Source: Sphagnum compactum
Lineage: Eukaryota
Direction: 5' to 3'
NCBI GenBank assembly: GCA_965153455.1
Contig: OZ234493.1
Span: 29,812,213 to 29,876,212 of the forward strand
DNA: 64,000 nucleotides
Shown piece after piece: positions 1 through 13,143 of this stretch. Position numbers and translations under genes: made by a program. Numbering within the stretch: position 1 is the stretch's first letter; each line of letters begins with the position of its first letter. The notes under the pieces were generated by a model. It did not search any database. It was given only the letters and a program-made list of their open reading frames with translations, and was not told the DNA's origin.

Positions 1-1330
1 TTGTTGACAAAGTTCATTCCTTCCTTACATGTGGAATCCATTAAAAGGGTTAACTTATGGTGGGGTTCCAATTTTACGCGTTCAAAGTATTGTACCTCCA
101 TACTTCCTGCCCAAGAACTACATGCAACAAGGTTATGACAAGTAGGAGACTTGTGGGACCCAAACTTGAACGGATTCCACTTTTGGGAGGAAGCTAGAAA
201 TAGGTTTTAGTTTGAAGCCAATGAACAATGCATACGGCAACGAATGTTGAATTGTATCCTAGAGATCTGGGTCACAGAAATGACAAACCCTTCCGTGGAA
301 GCTAGATGTGGTGAATGGCTTGGCATTTTTGAAGATATGTCATAGGATCCAATTAAGGTCTTTTGCACAACTAGGGAGTTTACACCAACTACAGATGGGG
401 TTTTACAACATTTTTTGGTGCCATTGAAGACTTGGGTTTTGACCCTAGTTTATGGGATTGAAAGGGCTAGAAGGAGCTATTGAGTTATAATGCTAGGGAG
501 GGCAGAAATTGCTCAATCCAAAGGACACCCTTTCAAGAAATGTGTTCGAGAAATGGAACCAAGTCCTCTCACCAAACTTCAAGCTAAAATGGCAAGATGT
601 TTGGGCCAAGAGAAGGGGCAGAAAGGAGGCATGTTTTCCCTGATCTTTGTGGTACAAGGCCTTTGCTGTAAATACTGAGAAGGCAAAAAGTAAATCATAA
701 TATCCAAGTAGATTGTCCCTCTTGTGAACATGGAACCCCAGAAACCATCATGCATAGGTTTTGGCAACGTCCTAGAGCTAGGACAACATGGGAACAAGCC
801 TTCTCATTCTTGTATAGTCTCAAGTCTCCCATAGACACTAGCTTGGCTTTGAGGCCCCTCAGCCTTGAACAATGTTTGTTTAATAAGAACTTGCCTTGCA
901 AATTTAGAAAATTCAGCCTTCTTTGGTCCTTAATTAGATGTGTTACCCTCTAGTCAATTTTGGCTTGAGAGGAAGGATCTAAGTTTCAATGGTGCTAGAT
1001 GGCACCATAACAAACTTAAGAAAGTGATGTGGGATGGTCTTCTGGATTATGGTAGATTGGAGTGGCAACATACACTTCAGAAGATTAAGAGGAAACCAAC
1101 CAATGAGGCCAGCTTGTTGGAGGCTTTTGACAAGGTCTGGGGTCCACACCGTGTCATCTGCGCTAGGGACAGCCGTAAAGTTAGGTGGTGCTATCAACCA
1201 CCTTACACTAGTAGTAGTTTCCTTTGGTAGGTGTGTGGTTCTTGGTGCTTGGGTTGGGTGTCCCCCTGGCCTTGTGGTGTACTGGTTCTCTTTTTGCAAT
1301 GGATTTTCCATTTGTGCCAAAAAAAAAAAC
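1..1330 (+). mobile_element. 3' end of a degenerate L1-clade LINE (ORF2 C-terminus plus poly(A) tail); 5' part lies outside the window
   Basis: 711-780 translates DCPSCEHGTPETIMHRFWQRPRA, a degenerate zf-RVT CCHC knuckle. Trp-rich C-terminal fragments follow (WLERKDLSF..VMWDGLLDYGRLEW) with stops and frameshifts. The sequence ends in an A-run at ~1319-1330. Confidence 0.75.
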
Positions 1331-1671
1331 CACCCCCAAATAACAATCCAATTGAACATCAGTACTCAAACAGATACAAAAACAAGGTGCCAAATTTGAT
1401 AAAGTGGGTTGACAGAACTTCTCTTGAGTCCTTATGCAAGGTGAGAGAGCAAACAAATGGAATTAATCATGTACGGTATCAATAAGGTCATTGTCAAATT
1501 TGAGAATTGCTGGAGCTCATTATCAGAGGTCATGGGTACACAGATGAATACGTTAAACCCCATAACAAGCTGCAGCAACAGCCATACTCAAACAGACAAA
1601 AGCAAGGAGCCAAAAACAAAGAAAACGAGTGTATTCTCCTTAAACAAGGAGAGGGCCAATAAATAAATAAA

Positions 1672-2101
1672 ATAAGTACCCCCAGTTTATAATGGGGCTA
1701 TTAGCCTAGGCCAAATATGGTGACGAACAGTTTTGGAAAGGGAAATTTCATGCACGCAATGGGAAGGCTCAGCATGCCTTGATTTTTTTTCCTTTGTTTT
1801 CAACATGTTCCCTTCAAGTTCCCAATGGGTTCCCAATATGTTCCCTAGGTTCCCAATAGCATCTCACTTTAATCCCATATGTTTTAATCCCAAAGTCCTA
1901 CCCTTCTCACCTATATAGGTGGGCCACCTATATAGTGGGGAGGCACTCCATCTTTCCATAGAATCTTCTATTTTGGGGAGCCTCCATAGTTTCAACTTTT
2001 TTTTTGTGATGGGCCAATGAAATTGGCTCATTGCAAAAAAAGAAGTTGGACTTCTGAGGCAACCCCAAGTAATTAATATGAAACAGCATAAGTACCCCCA
2101 G
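1672..2101. repeat. Non-coding interspersed repeat, copy 1 (a related copy lies inverted at ~41700-42150)
   Basis: Bounded by the 14-bp direct repeat ATAAGTACCCCCAG (1672-1685, 2088-2101). ATTAGCCTAGGCCAAA and ATGGGCCAAT..GCTCAT..TAATTAA match the reverse complement of 41761-42150. Confidence 0.6.
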
Positions 2102-2645
2102 AATATAGTGTGATTGTTATTAGTGACATATTACATTCATGTCAAACTATGCTATATTGCATATACCAGAAATGTTTTACATTGTGATGGATGGAACTAC
2201 ATAATTTACCTCCCACATGTGTCATGAACTAAGGTCGAGACTAATGTTGTCTGGATTTTGGTTCCGGTTCTCTGTTATCCAGATTGTCAGTTTTGAATTT
2301 TGAAAAAAAAATTCCAAAACTGGAATTGGAATCAACCTTGGAACAGGAACCAGAAATTGGGGAGGGGAAGCTATAAAAATAAGTTTTTCAACATACAAGT
2401 AACTTTTGATGTCTATTTTCACTATGGGCTTTTGGTCTCAAATAGGTGTTAAGTAGGTTCTTACAAAAAGGAAATGGATTTTTTTTTGGATGACTTGCTA
2501 AAACATATGTTGAACTTCATTTCTTAAGTTATTACATATCAATTTTATTAATTTTTTCAAACCAAAAAGTAAGTTTGAACACATATTTTTCAATTGATTT
2601 CAAATGTAGTTTTTATCTACTTTTAAAATTCATTTACTTTTAATT

Positions 2646-5600
2646 AGAAGCACAGCGATGGTATTCTCATATATGTCTCCGAGTTGTGCAGCAGTGCAGT
2701 TTCCGTATGGAAGGCTGCTGAGGATGGTACCACGCTTTGGCTGAAGTTTACAGACTTGGGGAACTCTAAGCCATTGTTTCTTTGCATCACATACGTACCT
2801 CCACAGAATTTGCCATATGCAGACAAAGCTTTGTATGACCGTATTGCTCAAGAAATTGCCGAGGCTGAAAGCACACCAGGTTTTGTTATTTTGGTTGGGG
2901 ATTTCAATGCTCGCACTTGTGAAGAGGCAGATTCGGTGGACTGCACATCGTTGTGTAATGCTATGCAGATCCTAGAGCTCCAAGACACCCGCCCGCCACC
3001 GCAACTCCGGCAAAATCGGGACGTGGCAGCACCAAGCGGGTGGTACAAGGAGCTGCTGGGGCTGTGCGGTGCCACCGGCTACCGCATCCTCAACGGACGA
3101 GTAGCAAGAGACCTGACAGGGGAGTACAGATGCCTTGCAAACCACGGCCACAGCACAGTAGATTACATGATAGCTTCCCCAGAAATGTTTGAGGCTGCAC
3201 AACACCTGGAAGTATTAACTGATCCTGCATACTGTGGAAACAAGCAATCTGAGTCTGACCACCGCCCACTTGCCCTCCGTTTTGTCGTGCAGTTTAGTAC
3301 CTCTGCTTCTGCATTTGACAACAACACTCTTTCGCCCATGATACGCTTCAAGTACAATCCCGCCATTGCTGATGAATATTGCACACAGCTGCAACATAGT
3401 CTGTCCATCGACATTGACGTCCTGCACCTGCAAGACATGCCTACAACCAACCTTGTTGAGTTTTTACATAACCATATTTGTAATGTCGCTAATGATGTCT
3501 TTGGGCAGAAGCAACCCCCATCAGCCCACCGCCACTGTCATAAACCATGGTTTGACACAGAGTGCAGAGTGGAAAAGAGGCATGTCATGACTTTCCTAAA
3601 AGATAATCCCGAATCCGAGTTTGCCCGAACCCTTCAGAGGAATCTGAAGCAGTTGTTCAAGCGTAAGAAAAGAAGTTATGAAATCCTGAGGGGGATGCGT
3701 TTGTGCAAGATGGCCAAAGCTGACCCCGCAGGATTTTGGAGGCGATACCGTGCGCAGAAGGAAGCCGCGCACGGCATCGGGAGGGAGGCGCTCCGGCAAG
3801 GCTTTGCCGCGCTACTGGGGCCGCCTTCCTCACCACTTGATTCGGTCGTTTCTGCCCCTGCCAGTGACGTGGATGGCTGGACTTTGAGTCAAGACATTCA
3901 ACTGTGTGAAATTGCTGATGCTATAAAAAGGCTGAAGCGAGGAAAAGCAGCGGGGCTAGATGGAGTGAAAGCTGAATTTGTGATCGATGGGTGTGACCCA
4001 CTGCTACGCATTTTACAGACCTTGTTTAACAAGTTATTAAGCGAGGGGTTCTGTAGCTCTCTTGCTGTGGGAGTAATCCATGCATTGTTCAAGAGTGGGG
4101 ATGCCTCATCTGTTGATAACTACATAGGAATAACCGTCGGCCCCGTGATAGCTAAACTCTTTGCTATGGTACATGAGAGTAGGCTTAGCTCTTGGGCTGA
4201 ACATAAGGGAATACGAGCACGTGGCCAAGCGGGGTTCAGACAAGATTATCGCACTACGGATAACCTGTTTGTGCTGTAAACGCTGATTGACTCTCGAACG
4301 CGCTGGCCTGGAAAGAAGCTATACACATGTTTTGTTGATTTCAGGAAAGCGTTTGATACCGTGCCTCGCGAGAAGCTATGGCGGGTGCTGGAGGGCATTG
4401 GCGTGGGCGGGCGCTTCTTCGCATGCCTGTGATCCATGTACAGCCAGGACCAGGCATGCGTATCGCACCCTACGGAAGGCCTCTCCAGCACATTCCCATG
4501 CACAATCGGCGTGAAGCAAGGCTGCCCGCTGAGCCCATTGTTGTTCGAACTGTACATAGATGCGTTGGAGTTGCGCATCGTTGCGCTAGCCGGTGACGAC
4601 GGTCCCAACCTCACAGGCACCGCTGTAAAACTATTGCTTTATGCCGATGATCTAGTCTTAATGTCCAAGTCGCTGCGAGGACTCCAAAAGCAGCTTGATG
4701 AGCTCAGCGCTTTTTGCAAGGAACGGGACTTGACTGTGAACGTGAAAAAGACCAAGGTCGTTGTCTTTGGGAGCAGAGTGAACTCCTCCCCATTGCACTA
4801 TGATGGATCACCTGTTGAGGAGGTTGCATCCTTCCGTTATCTAGGAATTGAGTTGCATCGGAGCGGGTCATTGAAGACCGCTGTCGAACATTTGGCAGCA
4901 GCCCGGCAAAGGGCGGTATTTGTTTTGAGACGGCGTTGCGCTGACCTAAAAATAAACGACCCAGCCATTGTGTGCCAGTTATTTGATGCACTAGTCAAGC
5001 CGGTTTTGAACTATGGTTGTGAGCTGTGGGTTGATGAGCCGGCCACCAAGTCCTTGGAGGCCATCCACAGAAGCTTCCTGAAAAGCCTCTTAGGTGTGAA
5101 CGACAGCACTCCCAGTCGGATAGTTCTAGCAGAATTTGGCAGGTTCCCACTGCTCCTATTCTGGCATCAGCAAGCATTGAAATACAAAGCCAGGATGTCC
5201 ACCTCGCTGCCATCCCGCTTGATGAGTTTAGCATTCAGTGTTCAGCAAGCTCTGTCAAGTAGACAAAAGTGCTGGCTTCGTAAGTTGCAAAACTGGGATT
5301 TAGAAGGGGATACTCAGCCCTCTTCCCAAGTGCCCCCTAGTATGGCAAGCATGCAACAGATCTTTTTGGACTCTTCGGGTGGGGGCAATAGGCTTGCAAA
5401 CTACTTTAGACTATATGGCAGCAGCGCCTATGGTTTTCAAGCATACCTTAGCCTTGTGGACAATGTACAGCTCAGAAAGTGCCTTTCACGCTTTCGTTGT
5501 TCTAACCACTGCTTGGAGATTGAAACCGGCCGCAGGACCAAGCCCTTGAAAACTCCCATTTGGGAGAGACTATGCAAACAATGTAGCTTAGGTGCAGTCG

Positions 5601-5844
5601 AAGACGAAGACCATTTTCTGCTTGTATGTCCAGCCTACGAACATATTCGTGACAAGTTTAGGCACCACTTGCCAATAGGACCTATTACATCTATACAGGA
5701 GTTGGTATCATGTCAGAACCAGTCTGCTCTTGCCAGGTTTATCGAACAGTGTCTCCAAATCAGGACACAGTAGTCATGTCCGCCTAATGGGTCTCTCTGG
5801 CCCGAGGACAGGCGTAAAATTGTAACTAACTAACTAACTAACTA
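2646..5844 (+). mobile_element. Young 5'-truncated RTEX-like (RTE group) non-LTR retrotransposon: APE endonuclease, RT and C-terminal CCHC zinc finger, with a (TAAC)5 tail
   Basis: ORFs 2684-4279 and 4436-5773 share one frame, broken only by TAA 4277-4279 and TGA 4430-4432. APE motifs: GDFNAR, STVDY, SDHRP. RT motifs: GKAAGLDG, QAGFR, FVDFRKAFDTV, GVKQGCPLSPLLF, LLYADD, FRYLG. C-terminus RFRCSNHCLEIETGR..CKQC..EDEDHFLLVC. Tail TAAC x5 at 5823-5842. Confidence 0.9.
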
Positions 5845-6133
5845 TTTTACTAATTTAAAAAACTATTACTTTTACTTCTTAATTATTATTTACTTCTCAG
5901 TTTTTTTACCTTTTACCATGAGAATTGGACCTTTCTCAAAATGTGAGAACCAATCTAGTTTTCAGATTTGATGCCCAGTGAGAACCACCCAGGTTCTCAT
6001 TAGGAGGTTCTCATCTCCATTGAGAATCACCAAGCAAGTTCTCATGGCGGTTCTCACCACCAGTTCTGACTAAAAACCAGATTGAAAACCAGCGTTGATT
6101 TTCCACTAGGGAGTGAGAACCGCCCAACACTGG
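5845..6133. repeat. Right half of a MITE-like element (GAGAACC/GGTTCTC motifs), probably interrupted by the RTEX-like LINE
   Basis: Repeated GAGAACC motifs in both orientations. It ends GTGAGAACCGCCCAACACTGG. A degenerate inverted partner, AGGTGTTAAGTAGGTTCTT, lies at ~2444-2462, left of the LINE. Confidence 0.4.
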
Positions 6134-7619
6134 TTATAACATAATCGGCCCACATAGTCAAAACAAACATGTTTTAAAAATTTGTGAGGAGGCCAAGACA
6201 CAAATTGCCAAGATTCCTCCTAACCATGTAAAGGACAATTTGGAAGAAATCATGTCTAATTAAAAGTTTGATATAATATTACAAAGCTTTTGACAAAGTC
6301 TAGAAGACAATTTATTATTTTATTTTTAAACAATACATTTTTTGAGACTTATGAACATCCAAATTTGTGGGACATTGAAGCATTCCAATTAAGGTAAAAG
6401 GGACTTTGGGCGTTTTGAGAAAATGTTGCTAGGATCACAAAGTTTTTGCACCCGACCGTCAATCATGAGGAGCTAGTGAACATGTTTTAGGTTTTTTAAA
6501 AAACATATATCATTGAGGAATTTATCACTAATATCACTTGACAAATTTAGGAATGTATCATACAACATTCTTACAAATATAGATTGCAACATGGAAGTGA
6601 AATAAAAACACCTTAGACAATCCAATTGGGCAAACTTTGATTTTATTTCACATGATTTGCCAAATGTTTGTTAAATTATTCTCTTAGTTCCCATATGTTT
6701 CTCACATGTTTTCCCAATAAATAAGAATTCTTACATTGCTTAAAATCATTGATGTTTCGCATGTATGTTGATTGTCTCCATAATTCCTAAAAGTTGAATA
6801 TAATTGTAGTTCTAAAATCAATGTCAAATCAAGGACTCTCCACAATGTTGGAGGCAAAGCTATTTCATATACATTCTCAAACTTGGTTGTGTTTATTCCT
6901 ATGATAGAAGAAGACATTATCTTAACTATGCAAGATAATTTACCTATCATACGCTTCATCTTCATCTTTTATCACACCTCCATATAACACATAGTTATTT
7001 GTTTTATTTGAAATTTAGAACATGATTTGATCTAAACATGAAATCACATTTGTTGTGTCCATATAAGAGAAAATCATTGACATTCTTTGGATTTATCCAA
7101 AGTCTATGGTTTCAAGCAATTCATTACATATTTTATATGTATGTAACTCAAAATAATACTTATTTCAATACCTTTTCAAAGAATAATTTGAAAAGGCACA
7201 AGAACCTTGTGGTTGGGAAAAAAAAATTGGATTAATCTAAAATTATATAGTGTCAATTCAAAGATTTTATTACTAAATATAATTTCAAACATTGATCGTT
7301 ACCATATGTCCTCAATTGTTCAAGTTGGCATTCTTGGGCTATTGAAGGCTATTTTATATGTTGATCGTGATCATATTTTTCATTAGGGAAAAGCTTACCA
7401 ATCATCAATAGAACAAAACACCCAAAAAAAGGGGGAAAAAAAAGTACAAGGTGGAAGGACCCAAGTCTTGTAAAACAAACCACCAATGGAGGTGGACTGC
7501 TAAAGGAACATGAAAAAATCAAATATTCAAACCAAGGTTGTCACAACGTTTGGGCATTCATCACAACGTGACTCATCATTTGGTTAACCTAGGTCAAAAT
7601 GACGTCAAACAGCTTGCAA

Positions 7620-8152
7620 GACAATAAGGGGTGACTAAAAATCTTATCATTTTGTCACTTTACATTTTGTGGCAACTGAAAATCGTGTCATTTGATCGCC
7701 TTAAATTTTGTGGCGACTAAAAGTTTTTTAGTCACCCAACTTGGCAACTGAAGGTGACCAAAAATTGGCAACCAATTTTTTTGGGTAGTGCTTGAAAAAT
7801 TATGGGCAATGACTAAATTTTTGTGGGTAGTGACAAAAAGAAATTTTAGTTGTTGTATCAATGGCCATTGTTAAATAAAAAATTCAATAAATAAATCGAT
7901 TAAAATTTTCAAATAGTTCCCAAAACATTTCGAGTAGCTGTTGAAATTTTTTTTGGTGGTGATAAAAAAGATTTGGTTATTTGATTTGATGAATGAAAAT
8001 TTTCAATCGCCTATTGTGGCAACAAAAAGTTGGCAACCAAAACTTTTTGGTCACCCAATTAACTTGGGTGACCAAAAATTTTTAGTTACTAAACTTGGTT
8101 TGACTAAAAAATTTCAGTAGCCAAAAGAAAATAGTCGACATTTGTTCTAGTG
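7620..8152. repeat. Non-autonomous DNA-transposon-like repeat with many GGCRACYRAAA subterminal motifs, ending in CTAGTG (CACTA-like end)
   Basis: Many copies of GG(C/T)(G/A)AC(C/T)(A/G)AAA in both orientations. The right end TTCTAGTG lies at ~8145-8152. Confidence 0.4.
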
Positions 8153-8179
8153 GTCAAAATTGATGCATTCAAATGGATG

Positions 8180-11100
8180 TCAATGTGACAATGGATGGAA
8201 TTTGGGTTTGTCATATTGGTTTTGACAACCTTGATCCAAACCCTTCCCCTTGTTGTTAGGAACATATTAAATAAGGAGAGGAAAGGAACATTTGAAAAAA
8301 CATTTACCTTAGAAAAACCTTCATTTACAATAACAACATGCTTTGAAACAGAGGCCACCTACATTTGTTATAATGTCACCAACACCTTCTATTTGTAAAA
8401 TGAACACGAAATTGAAAGTGGAGCGCCTCTAAAGCCCTTTGCACTCCATGCCATGTTGCCACATTGATGACGAAAATTGTTGGCTTCTTGATGGAAACAC
8501 CCAAAGATCTTTATGGTTAGAACAATAACCAGGTTCACTAGGTATTGATTACAATAGAGGCCATTAGCTTAAGCCACAAATATAACGACAACCTCACAAG
8601 ATAAAGTTGCCTGTGAAACCAAATATGGTTGAATGGGGGAATGATTGTGATGTTAACCAACATCCGGACACCATCCACCAAAATGACAATGTCAACTTGC
8701 CAACATGTAGATTAACATGCATATGACAAAAGAATGTTTATCTATTCACGTAAAATGTATTTTACACCTGTTGCAATAAATGCAAAGGCATCCCACACAA
8801 CATCATGAGAAGCCATCCTGTCCCCACCTTGAGCACAATGAAGAAGATGGATCTTCATAGGGTCCAAAAATTGGCCACGAATGCAATGTGATAAACTAAA
8901 GGTTAAGGGATGGGGGAGGCCTAATCGAGTGTGCAATAAAGTGAAAAGAACTTTTGAAGCCAATAAAAAAAAAGGGATCATTAGGCGAGCAAACAACCAT
9001 GCACCCGCACTTGGCCTTGTAGAAGATTTCAAGTGTGCCCAATGCAAATCAAAAGCAAATCAAAGATGATGTTAAAAAAAATGGGTCATGCAATCTTCTT
9101 GAATTTTTTTTTGAAGTTGATCTATTCCTTTTTCCGCCAATTATTCAAATGGGGGTATACACACCATCACCATTGAAGGAAGAAGCTATCGTGTTAGCCT
9201 TAGATGGGTCTAGAAAGATAGTGAACCTAAATTGTTCTTTCTTATTGCCTCCAATAAAAATGAGCAAAAGTCTAATAGGAACCTATAGGCAATGACAAGG
9301 GCAACTAGAGCTTAATTCCCTACATTGGTCGTTAAAGCTTTTGTAGAAATGAGGCTTAACCTTCTATTATAAATGGGGAAACAAACTTGCCGATGGACTA
9401 GGGGTGCTTGAGGGCATTCAAAAGAACCCAAACTTAAAAACCTTTCAAAAACTCCCAACGGGGTCAAATTAAAAATGGCGGGCTGGCCCCAAAAATTCAA
9501 AAGAGGGGAGAAGCAATGAAACAATGAAGCAAATAGGAAGGTCTTTGAGCAAAACATCAAAAGAGAATCCCAAATGTTACATGGACATCCTTTAACTTCA
9601 AGAACACATTAGCATGGCAAACGTTCTCATGCAAAGCCTCTTGCAAAAATGATGAGGAGAAGGAATTAGAGCTAGAAGGGACACTTAGGATCTTAATGTT
9701 GTTGATAAAACAACAAATATTAGCTAGGAGGGTAAACTTAAGAGGCAAGCCAAAAGGGGTCCAAGCCGAACATTTGCAAGATTGAACAACCAACCCCAAA
9801 TAAACTAATTAGAAGATAAAATGATCCTTAAAGGCAAAGGGAATGAAATGGGTAGGGCTAAGGATATGGGTGTGATTAGTTAAGGAAGGGAAAAGATACA
9901 AGTGAAAATGCTTGAAGAAAAATGCAAAACAAAAAATGAGTGAACGTAAAAAAAGGCCCAATAAGCAAGTCACCTTGACATGTGCCCACAAAGGATAGAC
10001 AAATCTCCCAAGGGGGAATGATGATGGTGGACACCCAAAGCGGCTCTAATACCATGCACCACTACTTCACAACCACCCATAATCATTGCCCCAAACTGAT
10101 GCAACATTAGATGAAAAAATAACACATCACAAAATTATAGACATAAAGCTTTGTTAACCACTCAATAAAGTGCTTCACCCATTACAATTTGGCCAAATCC
10201 ACTTGAAGGCTTGGCCAAAACTAAAAGTTTAATGGCACCAAAAATGTGGGCCATAAACTATGAAATGCAACTCTAGTAGCCACATGGGAACTCAACTAAT
10301 GAAATTGAATGAAACCATTAGTTAAATCCTTAGGGTTGAAAAAATGCTCAAAGACCATGCTGATAGACCACCTACTGATAAATGTGACATGCATAAAAAA
10401 ACTAACCTAAAAGAATCCAAAGAAAGCTCCACATTTGTGTTTGGTTGAAAATCCATCACTGAATTTGAATAGGGGGAATCCAATTTGAAAGATGTAAGGT
10501 TTACAACATGCAAACCATCTTTGATGATGTTAAAACCGAAGCAAGAGGTGCAAGGGCCCCAGCTGCATGTGTAAACTCCTAGGCACACCCAAAGGCTAAA
10601 TTCCATCTTAATAAGTGTGGAGGGGGTGCAACATGGAAATTAGAAGAGGCAAGGTTACTAACAAAGCCCAATCCAAAGATAAAGCCACCACAAGCGTACG
10701 TGCTTGAAAATCATCAAAGGTGCACCTTAGTGTCTTTATGAGTTTGGTTTTGTCACCATGAGGAGGAAGGACAAGACATCATTAAAGGAACAACATGAAT
10801 AAGTGTTAAGCAAACACATCAAACGGGTCTCGTGCAAGGTAATGCAAAGGGAGGCAAAAACCAACTTGCATCTTTTGATGCAAAATTAAAAGGATTACAT
10901 GCATATAGACAAGGTTGAAGAAGACCCAAATGGAAGGCACTAAGGGATCTAATGCCCAAATCCAAGCCCAAGTTACTATGGGGGGAGAAGGGGCTAGCTG
11001 AGGGTTGATCAAGGAACCGAGGCTGTCATCGAAATGCACAATTTGAAACATTTGACAATTTTTTTGGGGACGAATCATGCCATGTTTTTTGTAGCTAAAA

Positions 11101-11335
11101 CAAAGGATGTCATGTTGAGCCTTGATCCCACCCTTGAGGGATGAAGAAAGGACACACAGGCCTCACACCTAAGGAACCACACCCAAATTAGAAACCAATG
11201 GAGGCCTAAGAACCAAAGGAAGTATGGTTTCCATCAAGAAGCGTACTTACCCTACGTAAACCCAAAAGCCTAAATACAAAAATAAAAATCTAAAGGGGCA
11301 ACCTAAGACCATCACCCAAGGGGCAACTCCATCCC
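8180..11335 (-). mobile_element. Old, heavily degenerate CRE-like non-LTR retrotransposon (RT plus restriction-like endonuclease)
   Basis: Minus-strand fragments: GTCQGDLL (~9965-9987; RT QGDPL), FPSLTNHTHIL (degenerate LADD), NIKILSVP, AGAWL, RLGLPHP..HC..LDP..HLLHCAQGGDRMASHDVVWDAF (CCHC plus RHD-type motif), WQVDIVILVDG (PD-(D/E)xK-like). Many stops and frameshifts. Boundaries are approximate. Confidence 0.7.
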
Positions 11336-12397
11336 CCAAAAAAAAAAAAATTCAAAATAAATTTAAAAAAATTACTTTCTTCTAATTCCAATTCATATAG
11401 AGAATGCACATATCCTTTCCGTCTTGGATACAATTTCTTTTCAATGTTGTAGTAGCACCAGAATCCTACTTGCCATTAGTGTCTGTTCTATGTTGCTTGT
11501 TTGGACCGGAGGCCTTTTCACTTGTTCAATTCTCTCTTCTTGCCCGTTCACTATATCCCTTTTGTGCATCTTCCTATTTATTTATTCTCATTAGTTGTTG
11601 TCGTCACCATTGCCAACCAACCACATTTCTTAGTGTCCACACTCGGGCATTCAAAATGAACCAATTGTTAAAGACTAAAAGTTGATAGTGGAGCTTTTGT
11701 AAGGAAATTTGTGAGAGGTCATAAGAAGTCTTCATGTCTATTCTCTCTTGTTATTTGATGTTTTCAATAAAACTTTGGCATTCAAAGTGTGAGAGTGTGA
11801 TCATATTGAAAGCGTCTTAGAGTGTTTCATATCTTATAAGAATGTGATGACTTTTTGTGTGCAGGTTTTCTGATTAATTCATTATCAATGGATCCTATTG
11901 AACTCTTCTAGACGTAAATTTCTATGTAGAAAGTTGTTCGGGTTTTCAACAAATTTCCAAATTACATTTTTCATGTGTTAAAAATCATTTGTAACATGAA
12001 CATATTTATGGAAAATTGAAATGTTGCTTCAAGAGAATTTGAAGGAATAAATATATGTTGTGCTAATTTAGAATGATTTTATTTCATGAGGTTCAAATGG
12101 AGTGTTCCCAGACATCTTGCAACTAAAGTTTATGATGCCAAAAATAATTGAACTATTTTTTTCTTTGTTCCATTTGGGCTCCACCCCCTAATTGAACCTA
12201 GGAACCAACTAGTGTGAGTAAAAGGAGGGCTTCATCCTTAGTATACTGAATGTTGGTCCTTAGTTTGAGTGGGTGTGATCATAATAAAAAGTGCCAAAAC
12301 CATGTTAAATGAACGTTAAAACTATTAACTTTGCTACATTTATTTATGTGGTGCCACTTTTATGTCATGTTAATAATGGGAAGTTGTGTCAAATAAT

Positions 12398-13143
12398 TAA
12401 TATGAGTGTTAAGTAATCAAAATTAAAAATTCGTTTAACTTAATTTTGGTTTTGCTTTTAATAAAGAACTTTTGAATTTGAACAATAGTTGCATAAAAAA
12501 TAGTTTATTTTGCAAAGGACTAGGGTAAAGGAGTCTTCTAATATGAAAAATTTGATGGTAAAAAAATTTAGATTATAATAACCTATTACCCACACTAAAA
12601 AAAATCAAAATTTAAAAGTTATTAAAATTTAAAAGTTTAAAAAATTCAAATTATATTTCAAACTTCAAAAATCCTTTACCACATGTGAATGAGGTGTAAT
12701 GGATGCAAATAAATTAAGGGAGCCAAAAACCATGTTGTATAGTGATGAAGATTGTAAATGTTTTTACATATATATATTTTGACATTTTAAATTTATGTGA
12801 ATCATTTCAAGTTGCATTTTTAATGACTAATATGAGTGTTGAGGAATTAAAATTAAAAATTAGGTAAGTCAAATTTTGGGTTTTGGTTATAATAAAGGAC
12901 TTTTGAACTTGAACAATAGTTGCATCAAAAGCAATCAATTTTGCAAAGGATTAGGGTAGATCATTGTTTTAACAAAAAAAAATTTGATGATAAAAAAATT
13001 TGAATGATAGTAACTTACTACCCACATTCATAAAACACTCACAATTCAAAAATTATGAAATTTTAAAATTTTAAAACTTCAAAGTATGTTTCAAATTCTT
13101 AAAATTTTAAAAGTCCTTTACCATACATAAATTGGGTGTAATG
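12398..13143. repeat. Diverged direct duplication, ~430-bp period
   Basis: TAATATGAGTGTT..AAAATTAAAAATT..TTGAACAATAGTTGCAT..TTTTGCAAAGGA..GGTGTAATG occurs from 12398 and again from 12828. Confidence 0.8.

Noticed and set aside
4277..4432. Programmed readthrough or a two-ORF organisation of the LINE
   Set aside because: Both stops fall inside the RT domain, in frame, and fit C-to-T decay.
5783..5810. Hammerhead ribozyme in the LINE 3' UTR
   Set aside because: CTAATGG and CGAG do not match the required CUGAnGA and GAAA core.
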